Shown: positions 1 through 11,529, counted from the first letter of the stretch. The stretch: DNA of 64,000 nt from Okamejei kenojei (GCA_035221665.1 CM069135.1:39742001-39806000), one strand, 5' to 3'. Numbers and translations: made by a program. The notes: a model not told the origin generated them from the sequence alone.

Positions 1-348
1 CATCTCAAGTGTGATTGGCGCAATAAAAACAAACATTAACGAGATTGTCAGAAATTACAATAACAGCCCTAAAAAAAATGAACTCAAAAATGGGTAAATT
101 ACTGTTTGATATTATCAACTGACAATTTTAATAAACTGTAGTGTACATTCCCTGAACATCTTCATAACTATAACCATTTAACTATAAATATGGCATTTAT
201 TTGCCTGCATTGAAAAAGAACATGTGCTCAACTTTATTATGAACTAATTTGAAAAATAATTGTTTGAGATAACAATATATTTTAAAATACCTTTTCCCAA
301 AAAACATGTAATTACTACTGATTTACAAATCAGTGGGCAGGTGTTATA

Positions 349-765
349 GACCTGCACGGGAAGGTAGACGCTCCCGCCCCCATGAGTCTCGGACAGATGG
401 GGCTCGTCAGCCTGGGAAGGTGGTCCATCTGGGAGAGGGAAAACTCTGAATTAAAACCTCCTCTGCCTTGTAGCCATATCCAGTCATGGAAAAGGCTCCT
501 GGAGTAAACCTCAAGAAAATCTGGAGTCGGAGCAGCTAAGGCAGTTCACCATTGTCTACAACCTCGCTCTGGCAGCTCCTGCGACAGCGCTGGTGCCAAA
601 CTGTAACTGCTCTGCTGTTCCTTTGGATCGATCAGCGACATGGAGAGGGGGGAAGTGCTGCATGGGCAACAGCCTGTCCTCCATATGACATCGCCCAGGC
701 TTGCATCTGACCACACATCACCTGCAAACTAGGATGGTCAGTCATGTCCGAGGGGGTCTACTACT
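349..765 (+). mobile_element. Short non-autonomous RTE-clade-derived element (RTE 5'UTR-like head, CTA-repeat tail)
   Basis: Contains CCTGGGAAGGTGGTCCATCTGGGAGAGGGAAAACTCTGAATTAAAACC, resembling the conserved RTE 5'UTR motif (recognised from memory). GC-rich block in AT-rich flanks, ending in CTACTACTA. No ORF and no clear TSD. Confidence 0.55.
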
Positions 766-972
766 AAAAAACGATTCAGTAATATTTAGAAAAATGCACC
801 AAGGATATGGATTCATAGGATGCACTATAAAATGTTATCAAGTCATAGCAATAACTTACAATGTATTATGATGGCTTTTGGAGACAAATTATTGATACCT
901 GCTTCAATGTGCTCGTTGGTAACTCTACACCTTGGCAAAGGCTCAACCAGTAAAGGAAAAAGCCATCCTCAA

Positions 973-1246
973 AGTGCTAGAGCTGCTGCCTTACAGCCCC
1001 AGAGACTCGGGTTTGATCCTGACTATGGGTGCTGCCTGTTTAGAGTTTGTACGTTCTGCCCGTGGCCACATAGATTTTCTCCGAGAGCTCCTGTTTCCTC
1101 CCACACTCCAAAGACATACAGGTTTGTAGGCTAATTGGCTTGGTATTGTTGTAAATTGTCCCTAGTGTGTGCAGGATAGTGTAAGTGTGCGGGGATCGCT
1201 GGTCAGTGGGCCGAAGGGCCTGTTTCTCTAAACTATTAAACTAAAT
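973..1246 (+). mobile_element. tRNA-derived V-SINE (HE1-like)
   Basis: B-box-like GGGTTTGATCC, V-domain GTTTCCTCCCACACTCCAAAGAC, CR1-like tail GTGGGCCGAAGGGCCTGTTTC ending in CTAAA repeats. Confidence 0.9.
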
Positions 1247-1837
1247 TCCTGCCAGGCGAGGTTGGAGGCCATCTGCTCTTGTAGCAACAGCTGGATTGAT
1301 TTCATGGCTGCTTAACACTGCTGCACTTCTGAAAATAGATGGGTTATTAATAGCAAGCATGTGCTATCCTTTGTCAATAAATGACCTTGCATGATTTTGG
1401 TAGGTAGCGTTACCACAATTCTATGCATGGAAGCCCTTTGAAGATGTGAAAACGCCATCTTTAAAGATGAAGATGGCTTATAATCCGCTCCCCATGACAA
1501 ATTTTGTTTGGTGGATCAATGAAGTTTAAGAAAATACCGCACCATGTAAAATAATGTTGTTGAGCAATTAAAGAGAGCAAAGGCTCTATGTGAAATGAAT
1601 CAGTAATTAAGGAAGTGGATTAACAGGTCAAAGCCTGACAGATTAAATTACTCACAAGCCACTATTGCAGAAGCCACTACACATTAACCTGGCATTTAAC
1701 AGCAGAAGAATATGGTCTAATTCCTCCTTCAGTCCACAGGAAAGGTAATCTGCCTATTAAACATTATCTGCAAACCATTGGTGACCATCAGCCCACTCTA
1801 ATTCCCAACTATTCCAATATTACTGTTTCTGCCTCCT

Positions 1838-2142
1838 TTAGTTTAGTTTAATTTAGAGGTATAGTGCAGAAACGGGCCATCGGCCGACCGAGTCCTTAGC
1901 GACCAGCGATCCCCCACACTACCACTATCCCACACACGCCAAGAACAATTTAAAATTATACCAAGCCAATTAACCCACTAACCTGTACGTCTTTGGAGTA
2001 TGAGAGGAAACCGAAGATCTCAGAGAAAACCCACGTGGTCATGGGTAGAACGTACAAACTCTGTAAAGACAGCACCCGTAGTCGGAATTGAACCTGGGTC
2101 TTTAACGTTGCAAGCGCTGTAACAACTCTACCAGTGTGCCAC
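1838..2142 (-). mobile_element. V-SINE (HE1-like)
   Basis: Reverse complement of the same SINE: TTTAG repeats, GTCTTTGGAGTATGAGAGGAAACCG, ATTGAACCTGGGTC, GTGCCACC. Confidence 0.88.
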
Positions 2143-3005
2143 CCAATTATGCCTCATGCCTCAATTATTATATTTCCTACCTAAATTATTTTCTTTCTTT
2201 CATCGGTCCCTATTCACTAATACCGATCATAATGACATTTGCCACCTTAACCATTATTCAATTAAAAGCCTTTTTGGATCAGGGAGTTAGAGTTTCTATA
2301 TATACAGCCTTTATTGGAAAAAGTGCGGTCCAGTAGTCCAACCAGTTTTCATCCAACTCACTGACAATCTGGATTTCTCCATTAAACATTTCCTTGAATT
2401 CCATTCACTGCTACAAAATTTAAAGAGATCTTGGTTATCATCCATCTTTTCGAGGCACGTTCATTTTGTCCAGTTCCCTTAAGTCAGAAACCTTAATCCT
2501 ATTATAGAGATAATTATGCTTTCTATCAAGTCACGCTACTGTGAATTATAAAAATAAAACACCCATATTTTGCATTAGCGGTCCGTGTTGACATTTAGGT
2601 CTCTCCGTTCATCGATAGTACAACATTGGCAGTGATGTGTGTGCACATTTATAAAATCTCAACAGTTTTCAGGTGAAACGTAAGACTGTGGCTCTGTCTG
2701 CCATGCATTCAAAGCAGATCAGAACTGTCAACTGACATTCCTTCCTTAACCTTCCCCAGCACAGAATATTATTGCTCAGTCATTTCCTGTGTGTGTAAAA
2801 TTACTGCCATGTTTCCATGAATAACAACTGTAACAGTATGCACTTGAATAACAAGGAAAAACATTATATATAATTTGCAAAATTAATCTCTTTGAAATGT
2901 GCAGGAGTCTCTGTCCATTACTGAATTGCAGAGAGATACATACTAAATCCAGTGTGTTCAATTTTGTATTTTCCTTTTTAACAGCTCAAATACAAAATTA
3001 CATAG

Positions 3006-3209
3006 TGTAGATGGTTTATATATGCAACCAATAACATAGTTACCTCAGTACCATTAACCCCACCTAGTTAACATCAATCATAACACCTTCCCCTTCCTGG
3101 GTACAGTTCAGTAGAAGAATGTAGCCAGTGCTTGAGGATGTATGTGATACCCTGTGCTATCATTAAAAGATGTTGCACACTTTAAGAGTTTGTGAATTGC
3201 TTGTTTACA
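3006..3209 (+). repeat. 5' LTR
   Basis: TG...CA termini, direct repeat of 4913-5116, ATTAAA poly(A)-like signal. Confidence 0.95.
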
Positions 3210-3259
3210 TGGTGTCAGAAGTGGGATGCGAATCCACACCTCCAATTGGAGTCCTGAAC
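3210..3259 (+). other. tRNA-Leu PBS extended into a ~50-nt reverse tRNA copy
   Basis: 18-nt PBS complementary to the tRNA-Leu(CAA) 3' end including CCA. It continues as a T-arm hairpin (GTGGG-ATGCGAA-TCCAC) and a variable-arm palindrome (CTCCAATTGGAG). Confidence 0.8.
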
Positions 3260-4865
3260 AAGCCGATTCACGCTGCCCCTGCCAGGCTGCAGCATATGAT
3301 GCTGCAGCTCCAGCGTTTCGATTTCGACATCATCTACAAGAAGGGCACCGAGATGCACATTGCGGACACCCTATCGTGCGCCCCAGGGACCTCCTGTGCT
3401 CGCCACCCCTACGAAACAGAGGACTTGCTCGTACTGGGCGTTAACTTTATTCCCACCAAGCAGCTACAGGTTTTGGCCGAGCACACCGCTGTCGATCCAG
3501 TTTTGCAGTGGCTCTCCTCTGTGATTAAAGCAGGGTGGCCAACAAAGCGCTCCGCTGCGTCGTCTGAAACACAGCCTTTCTTTTTGGTCCGCGACGAACT
3601 GGTGCTCCAGAATGACGCCATCGTCAAGGGACATAAAGTTGTAGTCCCGTCCTCCCTGTTTGACTTTTACTATTGCGCAGCCCATAGCGGACACCCTGGG
3701 GTCGATGCAACACTCGCCCACGCTCAGTGCCAATTCTACTGGCCTGGAATGGCCAAATATATACGAGACAGAGTTTCTGCCTGCTCCACGTGCAACAGTC
3801 TTGCTCCACACCAGCAGCGACAGCCCCTGCTGCAACAGCCTGCCCCTGCCTTGGCTTGGTCCTCGCTGGCTGCCGACATATTCGAGTGGCGTGGTAACCA
3901 CTACCTTGTCCTGGTCGACTCATACTCAAACTGGTTCGAAGTGGATTTACTGACATCCCTCACAACTCCGAACGCTGCAGAAACACTTCTCCACTTTTGG
4001 GTCCCCTGTCAGGCTGCAGACTGACAACGGCAGGCAGTTTACCAGCCGAGAATTCAAAAGTTTTGCCGACAAGTGGAATTTCGTGCATTTCACCAGCAGC
4101 CCAGAGTACCCACAGAGCAACGGCCTTGCAGAACGGGCCGTCCGCAGCGCCAAGCTTCTGATGGAACAGGCGAGACTGTCCAACTCTGATTTGTATTTGG
4201 ATCTCCTGAACCTCAGGAATGTTTCCAGAGATCCGGCCATGGGGTCACCTGCTCAGCGTCTGATGTCCAGAAGAACAAGATCTACCATCCCGATTACTCA
4301 GCGCCAGCTGCAACCTTGGGTGCTGGAGCCTGCCTCCGTGCAGAGGCGCATTCAAGAGAAACATGACAGCCAGCGGCGTTCCCACGATCGGTCGTGCAGA
4401 CCACTCGATCCTCTGTTGCCTGGACAGGTTGTTCGGTTGCAGACCGCCGGTGGTCACTCCCGTCTGGCTACCGTGGTTGGGGTGGCCGACTCACCTCGTT
4501 CGTATCTGGTCGACTATGAGGGTTCCATCTACCGAAGAAGCCGACAACACCTGCTTGCGGTTAATGAGCCGAAGCCGCAGCCCCCGGGGCCCTATGCCCC
4601 GCCACTCTCATACCAGCAGCCGGCTGCCGTCCCAGCTAGTGTTCCCTGCATGCCTCGGTCCCCATATCGAGTGCCTGGTTCCCCTCTGCGCGGGTCCCCT
4701 GTTGCCGGTCGCGGTTTTAACTCTCCTGTTTTTCCCACCCCACTGCCCTTCCCTGGTTCCCCAGCTGCCTCGTGTTCTCCTGTTTCTTCTGCTCTTTCGG
4801 GGGAAGGGGGAGACATCCGTACGCGGATTAGTAAGCCACCTGTTCGTTATGGCGATTTTGTTTAA
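3251..4865 (+). pseudogene. Gypsy pol remnant: RNase H C-terminus, connector, HHCC zinc finger, DDE integrase (one frameshift near 3970)
   Basis: ORFs 3170-4024 (KPIHAAPARLQ, HIADTLS, HSGHPG...CSTC, AAD) and 4083-4865 (SPEYPQSNGLAER). TDNGRQF lies in the second frame just upstream of 4083. Confidence 0.92.
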
Positions 4866-4912
4866 TTCTGTTGTTGTGACAACAATCTGTTTTGATTTTC
4901 TAAGGGGAAGGA

Positions 4913-5116
4913 TGTAGATGGTTTATATATGCAACCAATAACATAGTTACCTCAGTACCATTAACCCCACCTAGTTAACATCAATCATAACACCTTCCCC
5001 TTCATGGGTACAGTTCAGTAGAAGAATGTAGCCAGTGCTTGAGGATGAATGTGATACCCTGTGCTATCATTAAAAGATGTTGCACACTTTAAGAGTTTGT
5101 GAATTGCTTATTTACA
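4913..5116 (+). repeat. 3' LTR
   Basis: Follows the PPT (4902-4912); about 98.5% identical to the 5' LTR; followed by TSD CATAG. Confidence 0.95.
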
Positions 5117-5311
5117 CATAGCTTCTTCAACAGAGAAATATCTAAGTGTGTACAGACTACTTGTGCAAGTTAGTATGTTTCCTTGTTATAATTCAAAGTG
5201 AACTGAGTGTTTTACATATGTTTTCATAATAAATCACAATACTGCATCTTAAGTCATATTTAGACCGGTCTGCCTCCTCCAAAGTAAGGCTGTGGATTTC
5301 CTTCCTTAATG

Positions 5312-5945
5312 ACATAGAAACATAGAAATTAGGTGCAGGAGCAGGCCATTCAGCCCTTCGAGCCTGCACCACCATTCAATATGATCATGGCTGATCATCC
5401 AATTCAGTATCCTGTACCTGCCTTCTCTCCATACCCCCTGATCCCTTCAGCCACAAGGGCCACATCCAACTCCCTCTTAAATATGGCCAATGAATTGGCC
5501 TCAACTACCTTCTGCGGCAGAGAATTCCACAGATTCACCACTCTCTGTGTGAAAAACGATTTTCTCATCTCAGTCCTAAAAGACTTCCCCCTTATCCTTA
5601 AACTGTGACCCCTTGTCCTGGACTTCCCCAACATCAGGAACAATCTTCCTGCATCTAGCCTGTCCAACCCCTTAAGAATTTTGTAAGTCTCCATGAGATC
5701 ACCCCTCAATCTTCTAAATTCCAGCGAGTACAAGCCGAGTCTATCCAGTCTTTCTTCATATGGAAGTCGAGCCATCCCAGGAATCAGTCTGGTGAACCTT
5801 CTCTGTAATCCCTCTATGGCAAGAATGTCTTTCCTCAGATTAGGAGACCAAAACTGTACACAATACTCCAGGTGTGGCCTCACCAAGACCCTGTACAACT
5901 GCAGTAGAACGTCCCTGCTCTTGTACTCAAATCCTTTTGCTATGA
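5312..5945 (-). mobile_element. CR1 LINE 3' fragment (RT C-terminus and tail)
   Basis: ORF 5404-5955 (LYRVLVRPHLEYCVQFWSP...RTRGH...FFTQRVV); CATAGAAA tail repeats. Confidence 0.95.
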
Positions 5946-6404
5946 AAAAGAACATCAGTTAATGAGATTAACATCAGTTAATTGTTTCTAGAACAATCCA
6001 GCAATTTGAGAGTTCAGCTTTTTAATTAACTAATTGAATTCCACAGTTTATTCAGGTATAATTGGAACTCTTCATTGACTCACGTGACTGGGTTGCTTGT
6101 TAATTACAAACACACCAGTGCACAATTCCCCCTTCTTCAAGCAAGATCCCTTAATTTGTATTTTAGATAAGGTGTGCATAGTTAGGAGATAAGTAGCAAT
6201 TGAAATGTGACTGTTCCTCATTAGGAGCTAGTACACTTGGTTTACTGATGGTATTGGGTATGTGATGCAATGTACAGACCATATTGCAATAAAGCCAGCA
6301 GGAAATGCTTCCTCTTCAGATGTCTCATGTCTGGTCTTGATGTGGTAATGGCAGCCACTGATGGATAATTCACTTTGAAGCTGGCATCTGTCCAGCTGGC
6401 ATCT

Positions 6405-7047
6405 GCACCGTCGACCCGTCCTCGTGGCCTACCAGCGGGCCTGGAGTGGCGTTTCCTGGGGGGACCGCCCAGAGCCACGGCTTCGGCAGCGGCGCAGCAC
6501 TGGGGCGCCATTGCGGAGCGGGCGATGCCTTGCCTGGGCCGACCCGCTGGAGCTCCGGTGAGCTGAGGACCGCAGGTGAACATCGCGGAGCTGCGGGCGG
6601 TGGGCGCTGAAATTTAAATCAGGAGCCTGGGATCTCTCGGCGAGATCGCCAGTTGTGGAGCTCCATCCAGCGCGGCCTGTTGCCTTCGGGAGCCGCGGTC
6701 TCCAGGCAAGGAAGCGACCGTTACAGGCACCCCGAGCCACTGAGAGGGTTCTCCTGTCGCTGGAGCACCATCACCCGGCGAAGAAGGGCCTGGAACATCG
6801 GCCCCCATAGCGGCGACTGTGGTGGCCTCAATAGGCCCGACTATGGGTGAACTGGGGATGGGGTCTGGACTTTGTGCCTTCCCTCATTATGGGAACCATT
6901 GTGGGGGGATGTTTTTTATGTTTTATGTTAAATTCTTTAATGTTATGTCTTACATTTATCTATGTGCTGCATGGCAAGACAAATTTCACTACACCAATTG
7001 GTGTATGTGACAAATGTCCTTTGTCCTTTGTTTGTCCTTTGTCCTTT
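6405..7047 (+). mobile_element. GC-rich non-autonomous retroposon with Rex1/Babar-like 3' tail
   Basis: CpG-rich 5' body, T-rich 3' part, tail AATTTCACTACACCAATTGGTGTATGTGACAAAT followed by TGTCCTT repeats. Confidence 0.55.
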
Positions 7048-7416
7048 TGTGGCTGTAATCACAGAGATCATTTGTGGTTCGTCTGTCAACATTCTATCAC
7101 TTTGCAAAAAGTTATCAGCTGTAATTCTTCTTTCTGCCCCAAGGTTCTTCATAGTTCAGCCTAGACATTAACCAAAAATATTGTACATTTATTTCTTCTT
7201 GCCATCTTCTGGCTGCACAGTGTCAGCCTCCTCAAATGTGTAGGGCTTTGCAGTTAACACACACACTCAAAACCCCTGGTCAGAATCGTGTATTTGCGCA
7301 GTTGGTCATACAACTGAACATTGGTGGAAGTGGGCCATTACAGTGTCTGTAATGGCCCACTTGTGTCTGCTCCATCAATTAATAAGGTCGGTTCCATTTG
7401 CCTTTTACTTGCATAC

Positions 7417-7626
7417 CTGTAGGTAGCCTCGCACAACTGAAATCAAAGTGCTTTACATTTGTAGAAAAGACCTGAATCCATGTGTTTTTGTGATGAACTA
7501 TACAGTTGGAAAGCATACAGAGATGTTGACTGGTCATGCTGTAATGTATATTGTTGTGGAATTTGACACTGCAGAGTAGAATGTCAGCAAGTGAAAACAA
7601 ATGCTGACGGGTTGCTTCATCACATA
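7417..7626 (-). other. Candidate 210-nt exon (phase 1-1) of an unidentified gene
   Basis: Open frame CDEATRQHLFSLADILLCSVKF...FSCARLPT between tttctaag| and CAG|gtatgc. Acceptor is weak and no homolog was recognised. Confidence 0.3.
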
Positions 7627-8024
7627 CTTAGAAATACATTTGGTATGCACGTTTCCTCTGCTTCAGCCTTATCAGTGACTGAGCTGCATTGGATTGAAAA
7701 CACGAGATACAGTTGGAAAAGTATAATGTGTGATCAGGAGCCAAGAGAAAATTGAGAGCAAGGTTACCTGGTCTCTGCAGGTTTTTTGAGGGAGGAGTTA
7801 ATCAAGCTACCTGGATAAAATTGATAAACCCCCAAGTTTCAGAAATGTCACTAAATCTACATGCCATGTAACAGGTGGTAACTACATGTTTTAAGTCATT
7901 AAAATAGATCATGTGGAGGGATTGGTTATTTCTTACTATCTTGTGGAATAATGTTACAAACTGGCAGTACCTATCACTTTTGGCTGCTAATTTGTTAATT
8001 ACCCATATAGAGGAGCAGTATTTT

Positions 8025-8555
8025 ACAGGTTTGGAGGGGCCTGCAGTGTTGAATACAGAGCTGTAGTCTATGACCAACAGCCTGACGTATGTATTTTTAG
8101 TGTCCAAGTGGTTCAGTAGAGAGCCAGTGGGATCGCACCCTCCGTTGACCTGTTGGCAAATTGTAATGGGTCCAGGTTTTTGCTGAGGTCAGAGTTGATG
8201 TGTGCCTTAATCAATCTCTCAAAGCACTTTATCTCAGTGGATGTTTATGTCACTGGTCAATAGTCATTGAGGCACGTCACTTTACTCTTCTTGGGTGCCA
8301 GTGTTATTAATGCCCTCTTAAAGCAGGCAGAGATCTCAGAACTGTAATGAAATGGTGAAGATGTTTGCAAAAACTCCAGCCAGTTGGTCTGTGCATGTTT
8401 TGACAATGTGACCAGGTACACCATCAGGTCAAGGCGCTTTCTGAGGGTTCACCCTCTTGAAGGTTCTTTTGGCTCTGGCCATGGTGACTGAGATTGCAAT
8501 ACCATTGGGGGCTATAGGGACATGAGAAGGCACACCAGTGTTCTCCTTATCAAAG
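8025..8555 (-). mobile_element. Rex1/Babar LINE RT fragment (degenerate)
   Basis: HLDTKNTYVRLLVIDYSSVFNT motif; upstream region matches the KAPGPDG-like segment of Rex1 RT. Confidence 0.8.
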
Positions 8556-11192
8556 CAACGTGAGTGTTAGGGGAAAATGGATCAGACTGGCATAAACATA
8601 CTGGGTCCTTAACCTCACTGGTTTTCCATGAGAAAGATTATGGCTAAGGGCTGAAAACAGAATCTGTTACATTAAGGATTGGATATAGAATATAAAGTTT
8701 CAATTTTCAAGGTTATAAAAACAATAATTTTCAAGGTTATAAATATACATGCAGAAACTCGCCACAAATTTGAGGTTTTGAAAGGATGGAGTGATGGATG
8801 GAATATTAGTGATGTTTTTGACATCCACCCCAACTTAAAGTTGACCATCCTTGGCGAACACGCCCAACATGTCAGGATGTTGCAGAGATTGTGCTTTCGC
8901 ATGACAGTACTGGTGGAGGTGGGCAAGGGACCAGGCATCCCCCGCACACACTGGACCAGAAAGTTTCTGATGTGTTTCAGGAATCTTTTCCACAGCTCCA
9001 GCATCAATGACAACAAAATGGTGTGTAGCTCATGCAGTGGTGCTTGAAATTAATATCATCCCTGCTTCCTCCCAAAAACCTATTCCCTATCCCTACAGGT
9101 GTGGGTGTTAGTCTCAGCACTTCACTGAAGTACTGTGCAGCTTCCTAATGACAACAAACAAGTACTTTATGATGCCTTGATAAACTATTGTTTCAGTTTA
9201 AGATTCTTCAGCGCTCAGTCATTTAGTGTATGCATGCTTGCTAGGTCTTCGCATTGGTTTCATTTATATACCTACAAACATTGCATGATAAATTCTTCAC
9301 CAATATTTCATGGGAAGTAAAGTTAATGCCAAAAGCATTTTGCAGTCTTATCTAAAACCCAGTCTTATCTAAAACCCAGGGTAGGTTTTAAACTTACAAT
9401 GGCCAGCCTTTCAATCTGCTAATTGACAAATACGGGCCCACATTTAACCCTTGACCTCACTGCCAGTAAGCTGCACATCCTGAATCTGGGTAGCTGCAAT
9501 ATATCAGCTCCTAGCACGTGTGCATTGATAAATTATTGTGGAAGGAGAGAGTATTAAAATGCAATGTTATGAGAAACGTTCAAAAGCACTCATCACTGAG
9601 CCAAGTTGACATCTGTATAACAGCGATAATGTTCTCCACCATTCGAGTACATGTAAACCAGCTCAAACTTCCATCACATGATTCCTGTATTCCAAGTAAA
9701 TCAAAAATGTTCTTGGTAGAGGAAAACACAACATCACTGCAGATATATCAGTCAGCATAGACAAAAATTGCTGGAGAAACTCAGCGGGTGAGGCAGCGTG
9801 ATAAGCATGATAAATTGAAAGTCAATGGCTCTTTTTCTAAGGCTTTCATGTGAAGGATAGTGAAGATACTGGGTTAGAATATTGTATTATTAACTCGCAG
9901 ACAAAAGAGGTAATTTCAATTGATATGTACGGAAAAGATCTTGGATCGGTCACTATGATCTAGTTCACAAATATCTTTCAGGTGAGGACATTTTCCAAAG
10001 TGGTTTCCCCATCACTTTTTTAAACGAATGAATGAACCACGCTGCTTCCGATGATTTTTCAAGTTGTCAGAACAGTTGCCTGTCTTGAATCTTTTTTTAT
10101 TAGAATATTCATGTTTTTAAATAGTGGGGGGGAAATCACACTTAATGTGGGAGTAATGCACTGTGCAAAGCAATGTGATGGTGCTGGAACTATAACAGAC
10201 AACAACAGATCAATGAGACAACAGGCAGAAGGACACTAAATGGGTTCTGAGTCAATGTTGAACATCGCTCCCATCACCCAAAGTAAAAGAGCAGCCCCTT
10301 GCTGGAATCAATTTACAGACATACTGCAGCCTGGAAACTGCTTTGAAATGGTGTTACTACAGCGTTATGTGCCACCTTATGTTGGTTGAATTCCCATGAA
10401 GATTGCTAAATTCAATTACCAAATTCCCGAAAAATATTGTTGTGTATTGTCTGTTTCAGCACTTTTCTGATTTATTGCAATAAATCGTAGCCTCTTGATC
10501 TTTGCTTAGCAGCTATAATCTTAGCATCTGACTTGTAAAAGGGTCATAATCTGCATGACACTCTTCCAGTTAATGGAGGGGGGTACTGCATAAAGTCTGG
10601 ATGCTGCAATGATAAGGGGTTATTGGGGGCTGGGTAGTTGTAAGTGTACCCGCAGGTGGGTATGGGCAGACTGGTGAAAATCTTTCTGGGTTACATACGC
10701 GTGCTCATAGCATGAGGCAGCAAGGTTATCTCTAATAAGGATTAATATTGCATGAGCAGCCTGCAAGGATTTGCACTTCAGGAAAGCCTATTTAATTACA
10801 TGCTGAATCTGCCTGCTTGTGTGGACTGAAGAAAAAGTAGATGAAGGCTCCTGACCTTAAATGGAACTAGGAGGATTCCCAAGTACAGCAGTGAATTGGG
10901 AAATGTGGCACTGATATGCAATGAAGCAATCCGTAATGATCCTGAGGCTGGGAAGCCAAGAGTTACCTTGACATTTATGGAAGAGCAATCCAACCACATG
11001 TGACCTTGTACAATGTCATAGGAAGTCACCAATCTCAGAACAATGAATTATATTTGAATCTTGGCACTTCAAGTTACGGTTTCATATTGACTGGTTGTTC
11101 TGTGAGGAAATTAGAACTTTATTTTGTACAACATTGAAGATGAAATTCATACAGGATATGAACTTTGAGTATTGCATTGCAATTGACAATAG

Positions 11193-11490
11193 TGGTGCAA
11201 CAGAGTTACTGCCTTGCAGTGCCAGAGATCCATGTTTGATCCTGACTACGGGTATTGTCTATATGGAGTTTGTTAGTTCTCCCTGTGACCATGTGGCGTT
11301 TCTCTGGGTGCTCTGGTTTCCTCCCATATCCCAAAGATGTGATTTGTAGGTTAATTGGCCTCTGTAAATTGCCCCTAATGTGTAGGACGTGAAACTGGAA
11401 TAACATAGAACTAGTGTAAGGGTGATTGTTGGTCTGTGGGGATTCGATGAGCTGAAGGGCATGTTTCCACGATGTATCTTTAAACCTAAA
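11193..11490 (+). mobile_element. V-SINE (HE1-like)
   Basis: TTTGATCCTGACTACGGGT, CTCTGGTTTCCTCCCATATCCCAAAGA, tail GAAGGGCATGTTTCC. Confidence 0.85.
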
Positions 11491-11529
11491 TTTAGGCGGA
11501 GTGCTCATAAAAACAATGTCCTTTCTTTC

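Larger units (their letters stand above)
3006..5116 (+). mobile_element. Internally deleted Gypsy LTR retrotransposon (LTR-PBS-RNaseH end-integrase-PPT-LTR)
   Basis: Two 204-bp LTRs (TGTAG...TTACA) differing at 3 positions; 5-bp TSD CATAG (3001-3005 and 5117-5121); PBS TGGTGTCAGAAGTGGGAT; PPT AAGGGGAAGGA; no gag, PR or RT. Confidence 0.95.

Noticed and set aside
1243-1328. Minus-strand acceptor followed by SAAVLSSHEINPAVATRADG...
   Set aside because: Short, runs into a SINE tail and stop, no donor or recognisable homology.
3210-3259. Functional tRNA-Leu gene on the minus strand
   Set aside because: Only the 3' half is present, it includes encoded CCA, lacks the D-arm/A-box, and abuts an LTR.
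6242-6850. ORFs in the GC-rich block or a CpG-island promoter
   Set aside because: The block ends in a LINE-like tail with simple repeats, so a retroposon is the better explanation.
8700-9380. 18-bp tandem duplications (AATTTTCAAGGTTATAAA; CAGTCTTATCTAAAACCC)
   Set aside because: Two-copy local duplications, ordinary slippage or repair products.
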